A stretch of 64,000 bases of DNA from an uncultured bacterium (GTDB lineage Bacteria > Acidobacteriota > Thermoanaerobaculia > Multivoradales > JAHZIX01), in assembly GCA_965368975.1 (NCBI GenBank), contig CBDUPA010000002.1:96001-160000 (forward strand). Direction: 5' to 3'. The notes under the pieces were generated by a model that had not been told where the DNA came from, did not search any database, and saw nothing but the letters and a program-made list of their open reading frames with translations. The number at the start of each line of letters is the position of its first letter. Position 1 is the stretch's first letter. Positions 1 to 9,952 of the stretch are shown here, piece after piece. Position numbers and translations under genes: made by a program.

Positions 1-358
1 GCAGGATGCCCTCGTAGACCTTGCCGTAGTTCTTCTTCTCACCGTAGGCACCGATCTGCTTCAAGTACTCGGCGTCGGCATCGGTGAGCAGGGGAAAGTT
101 CAGGTCTTCCTTCTCGATGAAGTTGCAGTGGCTGGCCGCCGAGTCGCGGGACAGTCCAGCGATGTGGTACCCGTGGGCTTCGAATTCCTCCAGGCGATCG
201 CGGAAGTCCGTTGCCTCGACGGTGCAGCCAGGGGTGTTGTCCTTGGGATAGATATAGAGCACCACGCCGCGGTCGCCGGACAGGTCGCGCAGGGTGCGCG
301 TGTCGCCGTTTTCGTCGGGTAGCGACAGCTTGGGTAGTTGGCTTCCTTCTTCGAGCAT
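1..358 (-). CDS. bcp: Peroxiredoxin Bcp/PrxQ (3' end runs off the window)
   Basis: Not in the ORF track. Manual translation gives MLEEGSQLPKLSLPDENGDTRTLRDLSGDRGVVLYIYPKDNTPGCTVEATDFRD...YGEKKNYGKVYEGIL, with the PxxxTPGC peroxidatic motif. AGGAAGG RBS upstream. Confidence 0.93.
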   Translation of the reverse strand, partial: MLEEGSQLPKLSLPDENGDTRTLRDLSGDRGVVLYIYPKDNTPGCTVEATDFRDRLEEFEAHGYHIAGLSRDSAASHCNFIEKEDLNFPLLTDADAEYLKQIGAYGEKKNYGKVYEGIL

Positions 359-639
359 GATTCGGTTCCCTTCCTAGGAATCGTGATGGCTTGGAGTGGT
401 GAGGTTGTGGCAGGAGTTCCGCGGGGTGAGTATCCGTACGAGTAGCAGTGGCGCCCGCGGATGACCTGCCTGTCATCTTCCCGAAGTGCCGAGGCGAAAG
501 TCAAGGAAATAGCTCCGACGGTTGACGGGCGGCGTACTTTTGCCCCATCCTCTTATGGCTTCGGCAGGTGCTCCGCACCCGCGACTCATTTTCACCACGC
601 CTCCGCGCAGGCACCCATTGGATAGGGAAGCCCACTTTC

Positions 640-3315
640 ATGTCATCTCTCGTCATTGTCGAATCTCCCGCCAAGGCCAAGACCATCGGCCGCATTCTCG
701 GGCCCCAGTACACCGTCGAGGCCAGCTATGGACACGTGCGCGATCTGCCGGAGAGAGCCGACCAGATTCCGAAGCGGGTCAAGAAAGAGCCGTGGGCACG
801 GCTGGGCGTCAATGTGCAGAACGACTTCGAGCCCCTGTACATCGTGCCGTCGGACAAGAAGAAGTACCTCGACCGCCTCAAGGAAGCCATGGAAGGCGTC
901 GACGAAGTCCTGCTCGCGACCGATGAAGACCGCGAAGGTGAGAGCATCAGCTGGCACGTGATCAACGTGCTGAAACCAAAGGTGCCAGTGCGCCGCATTG
1001 CCTTTCATGAGATTACCGACGAGGCGATCCGGGAGGCGCTGTCGAATCCGCGCGCCATCGACGAGAACCTGGTGCGGGCGCAGGAGAGTCGGCGTATCCT
1101 CGACCGGCTTTTCGGCTACCAACTGTCTCCGGTGCTGTGGAAGAAGGTGCGTACCGGCCTGTCCGCCGGCCGCGTGCAGAGTGTCTGTGTCCGGCTGTGC
1201 GTGGAGCGCGAGCGCGAGCGCCAGCGTTTCCACTCCGCCCGCTTCTGGGACGCTGAGGCGACCTTCCAGGAGAAAGGCGTCCACTTCACGGCTCGCCTGA
1301 ATCGTCTCGGTGACCAGAAGGTCGCTTCCGGTGCCGACTTCGATGCCGCGACCGGCGAGCTGCAGAAGAGCAGCAAAGCCCGCTGGCTGCGCACCGAAGA
1401 AGACGTGCAGGAGCGCCTGCAGGCGTGGCGCCGTCCGTGGCAGGTGACCAGCGTCACCGAGAAACCGTTCACCCGCCGCCCCGCTCCGCCCTTCATCACC
1501 GCCACCCTGCAGCAAGAAGCCAACCGCAAGCTGGGCTTCGCAGCCCGCCAGACGATGCGCGTGGCGCAGCGGCTGTACGAGGGCGTCGACATGGGCGGCG
1601 AACGCGTCGGTCTCATCACCTACATGCGTACCGATTCGGTGACCCTGTCCAACAAGGCCTTGGGCGACGCACAGTCGTTGATCCGCCAGCAGTACGGCGA
1701 CGACTACACCAACGGTCCGCGCGCCTACTCGACCAAGAGCAAGGGAGCGCAGGAGGCACACGAGGCGATCCGACCAACCGAGATCGCCCGCACGCCCGAG
1801 AAGGTGAGCCGCTACCTGCAGCGCGACGAGCAGCGCCTGTACGAACTGATCTGGAAGCGCACCGTGGCCAGCCAGATGACCGACGCCAAGTTGCGTCGCA
1901 CCGCGATCGAGATCACCGCCAGTGATCCGGCAGGCGGCCCCGCGGGCATCTTCACTGCCAACGGCAAGAGCGTCGAGTTCCCGGGCTTCCTGCGTGCCTA
2001 CGTCGAAGGCTCGGACGATCCGGAAGCGGACCTGGCCGATCGCGAAGTCCTGTTGCCGAACCTGCGTCAGGGCGACGCATGCGATCCGAACAAGGCCGAG
2101 GCACGCAGCCACGAGACGCAGCCGCCAGCGCGTTACACCGAAGCCAGCCTGGTCAAGAAGCTCGAGGCCGAGGGCATCGGCCGGCCGTCCACCTACGCCA
2201 CGATCATCGACACGATCCAGAATCGCGGCTACATCGACAAGCAGGGCAACGCCCTGGTGCCGACCTTCACCGCCTTCGCCGTCACCGACCTGCTGGAGCA
2301 ACACTTCGCCGACTACGTCGATCTGGGCTTCACTGCACGCATGGAGCAGCAGTTGGACGAGATCGCGACCGGCGAGCTGGACTGGAAGGCACACCTGCAC
2401 CAGTTCTACTTTGGTGAGGCCGAAGAACCGGGTCTGGAGCGACGCATTCAGACCGCCGAGCCCAACATCGACTACCCGCAAATCGAAATCGGTATGCACC
2501 CCGAGAACCAAAGCGCGGTCGTGGCCAAGGTGGGCCGCTATGGGCCGTACCTGCAGTGGGAGAAAGCGGAAGGCGAACGCATCTCGGCGTCCTTGCCGGA
2601 CGGCCTCGCCCCTGCCGACCTGACGCTGGACGAAGCCGTCACGATGCTGCAGGCGGCACAGGAAGGCGCGCGCGAGCTGGGCACGGATCCCGAGACCGAC
2701 CTGATCGTCTACCTGGATCGCGGCCGCTTTGGACCGTACGTCCAACTGGGTGAAACGCCCGAGGACAAGAAGGCGCCCAAGCCCAAGCGGGCCTCGGTGC
2801 CCAAGGGCCTGGATGTCGGTCGCGTGACGCTCGAAGCCGCGCTCAAGTGGCTCTCCCTGCCGCGCACGCTGGGGCAACATCCGGAGAACGGTGAGGACGT
2901 CGTCGCGGCTTCGGGCCGCTTCGGACCCTTCATCAAGTGCGACAAGGAAACCCGCTCACTGACCGCCGACGACGACGTCTACAACGTCACCCTCGAGCGC
3001 GCCCTGGAATTGCTCGCACAGCCCAAACGCCGTGGTCGTGCCGCCACGCGCACCGTGCTCAAGGAGTTCGGCGAGGACAAGGACGGCAACAAGGTACAGC
3101 TGCTCGACGGCCGCTACGGCCCCTACCTCACCAACGGCGAACTCAACGCATCGCTGCCGCAAGGCACGAGCGCGGACAGCTTGACGCCCGAGTCTGCTGC
3201 TGAACTGCTCGCCACCCGGGGCAAGGCTCCCAAGCGCGGACGCAAGCACACCACGACCAAGGCGGCGGGGGCGAAGAAGAAGACAACGCGCAAGAAGACG
3301 CCTGCGAAGAAATAG
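640..3315 (+). CDS. topA: Type IA DNA topoisomerase I with C-terminal repeats and Lys-rich tail
   Basis: LVIVESPAKAKTI, ATDEDREGE, SAGRVQS, LITYMRTDS (catalytic Tyr), GIGRPSTYA, repeated GRYGPY/GRFGPY units. Start set at ATG 640. Confidence 0.97.
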   Translation: MSSLVIVESPAKAKTIGRILGPQYTVEASYGHVRDLPERADQIPKRVKKEPWARLGVNVQNDFEPLYIVPSDKKKYLDRLKEAMEGVDEVLLATDEDREGESISWHVINVLKPKVPVRRIAFHEITDEAIREALSNPRAIDENLVRAQESRRILDRLFGYQLSPVLWKKVRTGLSAGRVQSVCVRLCVERERERQRFHSARFWDAEATFQEKGVHFTARLNRLGDQKVASGADFDAATGELQKSSKARWLRTEEDVQERLQAWRRPWQVTSVTEKPFTRRPAPPFITATLQQEANRKLGFAARQTMRVAQRLYEGVDMGGERVGLITYMRTDSVTLSNKALGDAQSLIRQQYGDDYTNGPRAYSTKSKGAQEAHEAIRPTEIARTPEKVSRYLQRDEQRLYELIWKRTVASQMTDAKLRRTAIEITASDPAGGPAGIFTANGKSVEFPGFLRAYVEGSDDPEADLADREVLLPNLRQGDACDPNKAEARSHETQPPARYTEASLVKKLEAEGIGRPSTYATIIDTIQNRGYIDKQGNALVPTFTAFAVTDLLEQHFADYVDLGFTARMEQQLDEIATGELDWKAHLHQFYFGEAEEPGLERRIQTAEPNIDYPQIEIGMHPENQSAVVAKVGRYGPYLQWEKAEGERISASLPDGLAPADLTLDEAVTMLQAAQEGARELGTDPETDLIVYLDRGRFGPYVQLGETPEDKKAPKPKRASVPKGLDVGRVTLEAALKWLSLPRTLGQHPENGEDVVAASGRFGPFIKCDKETRSLTADDDVYNVTLERALELLAQPKRRGRAATRTVLKEFGEDKDGNKVQLLDGRYGPYLTNGELNASLPQGTSADSLTPESAAELLATRGKAPKRGRKHTTTKAAGAKKKTTRKKTPAKK

Positions 3316-3403
3316 TCGTCAAGAAGAAGCAGCCAAGAAGGTAGTAGGAGGGGCGCTATACTGGAAGGGTCGGTCACCGACACTCCAGGTAAGGAGGGAT
3401 GCC

Positions 3404-4105
3404 GTGAGTTCCCAAGGCGCCTCGCAAACAGGGATCCGTCGAGTTCTGCGTTCGCACCACGACGCGCGCAGAGCCTACGATCGCTTGAGCCGTTGGTACG
3501 ACTGGCTCGAAGGCAAGTGGGAGGAGACGCCGCGCCACCTGGGTGTCGAGATGCTGGGCCTCGGTGCGGGTGAGCACGTGCTCGAAGTCGGCTTCGGCAC
3601 CGGTCATGGCCTGGTCGAACTCGCCGGCTTGGTAGGCCACAGTGGCCGTGTCTACGGTCTGGACCTGTCCCTGGGCATGGCCCGCGAAACGCGTCGACGC
3701 CTACGTAAGCAGGGTGTCGACAACGTGCAGCTGCTCAGCGGCGACACTCTGCACGTACCGCTCAGCGACGGCACCATGGACGCCGTCTTCCTCAGCTTCA
3801 CCCTCGAATTGCTCGACACCCCGGAAATCCCACTCGCCCTCGCCGAGTTCCGCCGCGTCCTACGTCGCGGCGGCGCTGACAAGCAGCCGGGACGGGTAGG
3901 GATCGTGGCCCTGTCGAAGGAAGGCAAGCCGAGCCTGCCGACACGCCTCTACGAGTGGGGCCACGATCACTTCCCGAGCGCCCTCGACTGTCGCCCCATC
4001 TACGCCCGCCGGGCCCTGGAAGAGGCCGGCTTCGAGATCGACGCGTTCGAGATGACCGCGATCGGGAACCTCAAAGCCGAAGTCGTCGTGGGTTCGAGCC
4101 TCTAG
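3404..4105 (+). CDS. Class I SAM-dependent methyltransferase (UbiE/MenG-like)
   Basis: VLEVGFGTG motif I, YGLDLSLGM, EFRRVLRRGG. GTG start after AAGGAGG. Confidence 0.85.
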   Translation: MSSQGASQTGIRRVLRSHHDARRAYDRLSRWYDWLEGKWEETPRHLGVEMLGLGAGEHVLEVGFGTGHGLVELAGLVGHSGRVYGLDLSLGMARETRRRLRKQGVDNVQLLSGDTLHVPLSDGTMDAVFLSFTLELLDTPEIPLALAEFRRVLRRGGADKQPGRVGIVALSKEGKPSLPTRLYEWGHDHFPSALDCRPIYARRALEEAGFEIDAFEMTAIGNLKAEVVVGSSL

Positions 4106-6270
4106 AACGTAACCGCGACGCCGCCATGGGCTTCGAAGCCGGGTGCAGGCAGCACCGACGTGTTGCCGAAGCCGCGAGTGAAGTACTCCTCGTCGGTCAG
4201 GTTACGCAGGTTCACCTGCAGCTCCCACGGGCCGAAGTCGTACGCCAGGCTGGCGTCCAGCAGGACGTAGTCGTCCAGCTCGAAACCGTTGTCCTCGTCG
4301 ATGAACTGCTCACCGACGTAGCGCACACCACCGGCCAGCGTGAAGCCACCATCGAAGCGCTGGCTCACCCACAGGTTCAGCAGGTGCTCAGGCGTGAAGG
4401 CCGGCGTGTTGCCGGTGTAGTCGGCGACGAAGAACTGCGGCGGCTGGACCGGCAGGAAGACGATCTCGGCGAAGTTGGTCAGCTCGGCGTCGGTGTAGGC
4501 GTAGGCCAGCGACGCGCGCAGACCGGGCGCCAGCTCACCACCGATCTCGAACTCCAAGCCCTCGGCACGCTGGTCGCCGTTCTGGCGCGTGATGCCGAAA
4601 GCGTCCGGGATCGCGATATTCAGCCGGTCGACGCGGAAGGCGGCGAGTGACATCTGGACACGGCCGTCGAGCAGCTCAGCCTTGACCCCGGCCTCGATCT
4701 GTTCGCTCTCCTCCGGCTCCAGGTTGGCCGCGATACCGAAGGTCGACGGCGGCGCGAAAGCTTCGCTGTAGTTGGCGTACAACGACACCGCCTCCGACGG
4801 CGAGACGACGACACCAATCATCGGGCTGACCTCGTCGTAGTTCTTGGCGAAACGCTGCGCGTCGTCCTGGAAGTCGAGGTTGTCCCAGCGCGCGCCGAGC
4901 AACAACTGGAAGTGCTCCGAGAAGGTGATCTGATCGACGATGTAGGGCGCAATCACGTCCTGCTTGGCATCGGCACCGAGCGCCTGGCCGGGAATGGGGA
5001 ACAGCGGCTGTTGCGCCGTCTCGAACGGCGTGTTCAGGTCGAGTGGCGGCAGGTTGAAGACGTTGAAGGTGAACTCGTCGGTCAGGCGCGAGATCTCGAC
5101 GCCGAGCAGCAGGTTGTGCGTCACCGAGCCGGTCTCCAGGCGCCACAGGCCTTCGAGCTGGTTGCCATACAAGGTCTGGTCGTCGTCCAGGCTGAGCAGG
5201 CTGCGGAACAGTAGCTGCTGGCTGAACACCGGGAAGACCCCGTTGAAGATCGTGCCGCGGGACTCCCAGTCGAGGCTGCGGTACCAGGTCTTGTTGCGCA
5301 GAGTGAAGGTGTCCGAGACGTCGCTCTGGATGTCGATCTGGACACGGTCTAGCTGCTGGTCCGAGATATCGAACGGCGACTGGTAGCTGCGCGTGCGCGG
5401 CACGTCGGCGATCTGCTGTGGGCCGCCGAACGGGTTGGCACTGAACACCGGCAGGCCAGCGTCGGTCTTGTACTCGCTGTCGACGGTCTCCAGGTTGACG
5501 GTCACGGAAGTTCGCTCGCTGGGACGCCAGGTGAAGGACGGGTTGATGGCGAAGATCTCACTATCCTTGTCGTCGCGGTAGCCGTCGGAGCTGCGGAACA
5601 AGCCGTTGAGACGGAAGCTGAAGTCGCCGTCGTCGTTGACGAAGTTGGTGTCCAGGGTACCTTCGTAGGTGCCGAAGCTGCCGCCGCGCAGGCTCAGGCG
5701 AGTGAAGTCCCCCCCGGCGAGAGGTTGCTTGCGTACCAGATTCACCGTGCCACCGAGTGGGCTGCCGCCGTAGAGAAACGCGGACGGCCCCTTGAGCACC
5801 TCGACACGTTCAACGTTGTAGAGCTGGTAGAAGGTGGTCTCCGGCTCGGGCGCGCCATCGGTGAGGATCAAGCCACTCGACACCGAGTCGAGACCGCGCA
5901 CGACGAAGAAGTCCGAGACACCGTTGACGCTTTGCACGTTGACGCCGCTGACATTGCGCAGCGCGTCCCCCATCACCTGAGCGTCTTGTTGCTCGAGCAA
6001 CTCGGCGTCCACCACGCTGACGCTGGCAGGCGTTTCCCGCAGCGACAGCGGCAACTTGGCCGCTACGGTGTTGGAACTCGGGATGTCCGGCGGGCTGCCC
6101 TGCACGAACACTTCGTCTTCGATCACGGTCTTCGGACGCTCGTCGTCGTCCTGAGCCCAGGCCGGTACGGTCAAGGCGGAAAGCAGGAGCAGGGCGGCCA
6201 AGAACATTCGAGCGGCTGCCGAGACTTGGCGGCCAACCCACCGGCGGTAGGACTGGAGTGGGGAGTTCAC
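4102..6270 (-). CDS. TonB-dependent outer-membrane receptor (siderophore-receptor-like)
   Basis: Signal peptide, plug motifs ETPASVSVV and ERVEVLKGPSAFLYG..GGTVNLV, NLRNLTDEEY, C-terminal Phe. GTG 6270 preceded by GAGGAG. Confidence 0.93.
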   Translation of the reverse strand: MNSPLQSYRRWVGRQVSAAARMFLAALLLLSALTVPAWAQDDDERPKTVIEDEVFVQGSPPDIPSSNTVAAKLPLSLRETPASVSVVDAELLEQQDAQVMGDALRNVSGVNVQSVNGVSDFFVVRGLDSVSSGLILTDGAPEPETTFYQLYNVERVEVLKGPSAFLYGGSPLGGTVNLVRKQPLAGGDFTRLSLRGGSFGTYEGTLDTNFVNDDGDFSFRLNGLFRSSDGYRDDKDSEIFAINPSFTWRPSERTSVTVNLETVDSEYKTDAGLPVFSANPFGGPQQIADVPRTRSYQSPFDISDQQLDRVQIDIQSDVSDTFTLRNKTWYRSLDWESRGTIFNGVFPVFSQQLLFRSLLSLDDDQTLYGNQLEGLWRLETGSVTHNLLLGVEISRLTDEFTFNVFNLPPLDLNTPFETAQQPLFPIPGQALGADAKQDVIAPYIVDQITFSEHFQLLLGARWDNLDFQDDAQRFAKNYDEVSPMIGVVVSPSEAVSLYANYSEAFAPPSTFGIAANLEPEESEQIEAGVKAELLDGRVQMSLAAFRVDRLNIAIPDAFGITRQNGDQRAEGLEFEIGGELAPGLRASLAYAYTDAELTNFAEIVFLPVQPPQFFVADYTGNTPAFTPEHLLNLWVSQRFDGGFTLAGGVRYVGEQFIDEDNGFELDDYVLLDASLAYDFGPWELQVNLRNLTDEEYFTRGFGNTSVLPAPGFEAHGGVAVTF

Positions 6271-6520
6271 GGGAGGGTCTCCTCGAAGGGGTTGAGCCGG
6301 CACGGCGAGCAGGGGCCGTGCGGCGTGACTGGAAAGGGAAGGTGCCAGGCCGTGATGCCTGAGCGCCTTCGAATTCTGTCATGGATGAGGACGGTCCGGC
6401 CACGGCGCGAAGCCACCGACGCAGGGCGTCCGTACCTTGGTACGGTAGCTCGGCGGAAAGAGTTGCCTGTCCGCCAGAGCCGCCCATCTGGGAGCATCCT
6501 TGAGAACCTATCGGAGGACA

Positions 6521-7327
6521 ATGAGCATGAACGCAGTAGAAGAGAAGAACCGCTACCGCGCCGTAAGAGCCTGGTGGCTGCCGGCGATGTGGATCACGCT
6601 ACTCGTCGGGGGTGGCCTCGGTGACGGGACCGCCGCGGCACAGTCGAGCCAGCAGCTTCCCGAGATCGTCGAACGCTCGATCGCCTTTCACGGCGGCGAG
6701 AGCTACGCCGACTTCCAGGCCGAGCTGCAGTTGTGCTCACGCTCTGGCTGCTTCGACCTGCAGGTGAGGGAGCAGGGCGGCGTCTACGACTACACGGCCG
6801 CCGGAGCCAGCAGCGGGGGTCACTTGAAGGTGCGGGTGACCAACGACAGCGTCGAGCGCTGGCTCGACGGCGAATCCCAGGCGGTAGACACCGAGGACGA
6901 GCAGCGCTGGCGCGACTGGGTGTCGTCCAAGCTCTACTTCTGCTTCCTGCCTTACCGCCTGGCAGATCCCAGCGTCTACTTCCAGGATCTGAGCTTAGAG
7001 GACTGGAACGGCCGTCAGTTGCACAAGGTCAAGGTCACCTTCGCACCGGAGAGCAGCACCGATGCCAGCGACGAGTACCTCTACTGGTTCGACCCCGAGA
7101 GCGCCCGCCTGGAGCAATTCGCCTACAGCTTCGAGGGCAACCCGGGCGGCCTACGCTTCCGCCAGGGGCACAACTACCGGCGCGCCGGGGAGTTGCTCTT
7201 CTTCGACCAGCACAACCTGGGCGTCGAAGGTGACCAGCTGCACGTCGACGACCTGACGCCAGAGATGGTGGCCGACATGCGCACCGTGTCGGAAGTCGAA
7301 TGCCGCGATCCCAAGCTCGTGCGCTGA
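6521..7327 (+). CDS. Exported DUF6503-like protein
   Basis: Signal peptide, 'ERSIAFHGG', 'YFCFLPYRLADP', 'DEYLYWFDP' pattern. GGAGG RBS before ATG 6521. Confidence 0.7.
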   Translation: MSMNAVEEKNRYRAVRAWWLPAMWITLLVGGGLGDGTAAAQSSQQLPEIVERSIAFHGGESYADFQAELQLCSRSGCFDLQVREQGGVYDYTAAGASSGGHLKVRVTNDSVERWLDGESQAVDTEDEQRWRDWVSSKLYFCFLPYRLADPSVYFQDLSLEDWNGRQLHKVKVTFAPESSTDASDEYLYWFDPESARLEQFAYSFEGNPGGLRFRQGHNYRRAGELLFFDQHNLGVEGDQLHVDDLTPEMVADMRTVSEVECRDPKLVR

Positions 7328-7366
7328 GCGGACGACAGAACTCGAAGGACCAACGAGAAAACGGTC

Positions 7367-7404
7367 AAAAATCAAACAGGGCCCGGATCCCTGGATCCGA
7401 GCCC
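7367..7404 (-). terminator. Rho-independent terminator
   Basis: Minus strand reads GGGCTCGGATC-CAGG-GATCCGGGCCC followed by TGTTTGATTTTT. Confidence 0.7.
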
Positions 7405-7580
7405 ATCAAACTCCTTCTCCTCCTCCTGAGGCCCCTTTTGGGCTCGGGTCGCTTCCATGAGTGGCGACTCGAGAGTCCTGTCTAACCTCAGTCGGGTACG
7501 GAGCTGATTCGTCTCCAGCACCCGGTTTCAGCTTAGGAGTGCAGTTGCCCCCCTGAAGCGTGACACCGGTAGGAGGTTTT
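7367..7580 (-). ncRNA. Candidate structured small RNA or long 3' element (GGA-rich)
   Basis: Non-coding gap with several hairpins and nine GGA motifs on the minus strand, ending in the terminator. Family not recognised. Confidence 0.3.
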
Positions 7581-7586
7581 TTCTCA

Positions 7587-7763
7587 TCAGTCTTCGCTAT
7601 CGCGGCTGAATCGGGGCGGCCAGCGCCCCGCTCGACGCAGTGCCTGGACGAGCAAGTACTCGATCTGACCGTTGACACTGCGCAGTTCGTCATCCGACCA
7701 ACGCTGTAGAGCGTCGAACAGACGCGGATCCACGCGCATCAGGAAAGCTTTTCGCTTGGCCAC
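7587..7763 (-). CDS. Arc-family ribbon-helix-helix DNA-binding protein (58 aa)
   Basis: Not in the ORF track. Translates as [58 protein letters not shown], with an Arc-like [11 protein letters not shown] helix and a GAGGAG RBS. Follows the SPFH gene. Confidence 0.88.
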   Translation of the reverse strand: MAKRKAFLMRVDPRLFDALQRWSDDELRSVNGQIEYLLVQALRRAGRWPPRFSRDSED

Positions 7764-7789
7764 AGAGCGGCTCCTCGCTCGCGCTCGAC

Positions 7790-8731
7790 TCAGTTGTGCA
7801 GGGTACCGGTGTTGATCACCGGCTGCGTGTGGCGGTCACTGCACAGGACGACGAGCAGATTGCTGACCATCGCCGCCTTGCGCTCTTCGTCCAACTCGAT
7901 CACCTTCTGCTGCGACAGCATCTCGAGCGCGTGCTCGACCATGCCGACGGCACCTTCGACGATCTTCTGACGCGCAGCGACGACCGCGCTCGCCTGCTGC
8001 CGCTGCAACATGGCGGCGGCGATCTCCGGCGCGTAGGCGAGGTGACTGATACGCGCTTCCATGACTTCGACACCCGCCGCCCGCAAACGCGCCTGTACCT
8101 GCTTTCGGAGCTGCTTGGAGATCTCTTGCGTGTTGCCGCTGAGCGAGATCTCCTCGCCCTCGTTGCGATCGTAGGGATAGGCAGTGGCCAGGTTGCGCAG
8201 CGCGGCTTCGCTCTGCACACGCACGTAGTCGTTGTAGTCGTCGACGTTGAACATGGCCTCGGCGGTATCGAACACCCGCCACACGACGACGGCACCGATC
8301 TGCACCGGGTTGCCGCTGCTGTCGTTCACCTTCAGCTTGTCGGTTTCGAAGTTGCGGGTGCGCACCGATACTGCCGTCTTGGTGAAGAACGGATTGGCCC
8401 AGCGCAGCCCGGCATCGTGCACCGTGCCGCGGTAGTCACCGAACAACTGCAGCACTTTGGCCTCGTTCGGATTGACAACGAAGAGGCCGACCAGCCCCAG
8501 GATGCCCGTGAACATGGTCAGAAAGGCCGGAAGCAGGATGATCGGCTGGCCGGCTCGTGCGGCGACAACGATCAGAGCGATACCGCCGAGCAGCACCAGG
8601 AGCGACAAGAAAAGCATCGGCAAGCCGGCACGCGCCTGTACCTCGAACTCTTCGACATTCGTGCGTAGCGTCGGGACCATCTCGTCATGGTTGCCTCCAG
8701 GTGACACGGATTGAACTTCCTTCTCAGCCAT
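7790..8731 (-). CDS. SPFH/Band 7 domain membrane protein
   Basis: Two N-terminal TM helices, [52 protein letters not shown]. Confidence 0.93.
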   Translation of the reverse strand: MAEKEVQSVSPGGNHDEMVPTLRTNVEEFEVQARAGLPMLFLSLLVLLGGIALIVVAARAGQPIILLPAFLTMFTGILGLVGLFVVNPNEAKVLQLFGDYRGTVHDAGLRWANPFFTKTAVSVRTRNFETDKLKVNDSSGNPVQIGAVVVWRVFDTAEAMFNVDDYNDYVRVQSEAALRNLATAYPYDRNEGEEISLSGNTQEISKQLRKQVQARLRAAGVEVMEARISHLAYAPEIAAAMLQRQQASAVVAARQKIVEGAVGMVEHALEMLSQQKVIELDEERKAAMVSNLLVVLCSDRHTQPVINTGTLHN

Positions 8732-8904
8732 CACGTTCTCCTTTGTTCCAAGATCCGGGAACGCGCCCGGACCGGTCACGAGTCAATTTGGGATCCGGTA
8801 CCGCGAAGGGACCGCTCGTCACGAACTTCGCTGATCGGGGGTCTTCCGGCGAGATGTACGGTCAACCAGGGAGTCAGAAGAACCCCGGGCGAGCCACCCA
8901 GGAC

Positions 8905-8932
8905 GATACCGAAACGATATCACTTCGATATA
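8905..8932. promoter_or_regulatory. Putative RHH operator upstream of the SPFH-RHH operon
   Basis: GATACC-N5-GATATC-N5-GATATA: three hexamers at 11-bp period. Confidence 0.5.
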
Positions 8933-9382
8933 CGCCCGCGAAAGGCCAGAGTTGCACAGAGGAAGCAATTGAGCCTCGCTAGCCACATCTCACGGAATTC
9001 TTCGTACCCGGAACCCCCCGCAGATCAACCACTAGCGACATGTCGTCGCACTCCACGGTCTTTTTTCTTATTAAGGCGCTGAAAACAAGATCAGAATGTT
9101 GTACAATTCAGGCGCCCTGAGGGAGGAGAGGTGGTAGAGGACCCAAGCAACTGGGCCACCGGATTCCTGTGGGACCGATGAAATCATCCCGTTGATATCC
9201 AGTGACTACGGAAGCTTGGTTTCCTAGGTGGCTCATCAGAGCCACGTACATGTGCTCCAGTGCAGGAATAACCGGTGTTGCCTGCCCGTGAGCGTTTCAA
9301 GGCTAAACCCTGGCTGGGTGATGCCGATCGGCTGAGTTGCACCAAGGACACCGTTGACTTGATCTGTAAGGAGTAGAAGACC

Positions 9383-9721
9383 ATGGAAGCTAGTGTTACT
9401 TCCCAAGACATCGCTCGGATCCGCGAGGACCTCGCCTACGCCCCGGATATCGAGGAAGCTGCCGAACTCATGAGCCTGGCCGGCAACGCAACCCGGCTGA
9501 AGTTGCTCTTTCTGCTAGAGAACCACGAAGAGATCTGCGTGTGCGACCTCGCCGAAATGCTCGGCGTGTCCGTGTCGGCAGTCTCCCAGCACTTGGCAAA
9601 GCTGAAGGCACGTGGCCTCGTGGCGCCTCGCCGTGATGCTCAGACCATCTACTATCGCTTGACCGACCACGCCTTCAACCAGAAGCTTCGCGAGAGCTTC
9701 CTGAAAGAGCTGAAGGGCTGA
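9383..9721 (+). CDS. ArsR/SmtB family transcriptional regulator
   Basis: NATRLKLL, EICVCDLA, SVSAVSQHLAKLK, RRDAQTIYYRL. Confidence 0.92.
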   Translation: MEASVTSQDIARIREDLAYAPDIEEAAELMSLAGNATRLKLLFLLENHEEICVCDLAEMLGVSVSAVSQHLAKLKARGLVAPRRDAQTIYYRLTDHAFNQKLRESFLKELKG

Positions 9722-9952
9722 CCCCGGCGGGCAGGCGCCCGCCCCCGTGCCTTGCTCCAACGCCCGTCGACATCGACCACAGCGGCTCTCGGCCCCGGTT
9801 GCGATCTCGGCGGGTGTTGTACGTCTGGGGCATCCTCGGCGAAGCCGTCGGCTCTTCGGACTGGACACGCGGCATCGGTTGGATAAACTTGCCGACGAAG
9901 CCGCACCGAGAGCGTAACCGAGCCGTCAATCCCTTCGGGGTAGGAGATCTCC

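Noticed and set aside
643-2880. Long antisense ORFs (also 44177-46423, 52730-54805, 41854-43221, 59189-60568)
   Set aside because: Shadow ORFs produced by high-GC codon bias opposite well-supported genes, with no recognisable motifs.
3313-3345. Amber readthrough or frameshift extension of the topA Lys-rich tail
   Set aside because: The downstream AAG-rich stretch is out of frame and short, with no recoding signal; at most a decayed tail.
6325-6370. Cobalamin riboswitch-like fragment (ACTGGAAAGGGAAGG) near the TonB receptor
   Set aside because: It is on the strand opposite the receptor, and lacks the CCCGC-ACTGT and AGYCAGRAGACC conserved elements.
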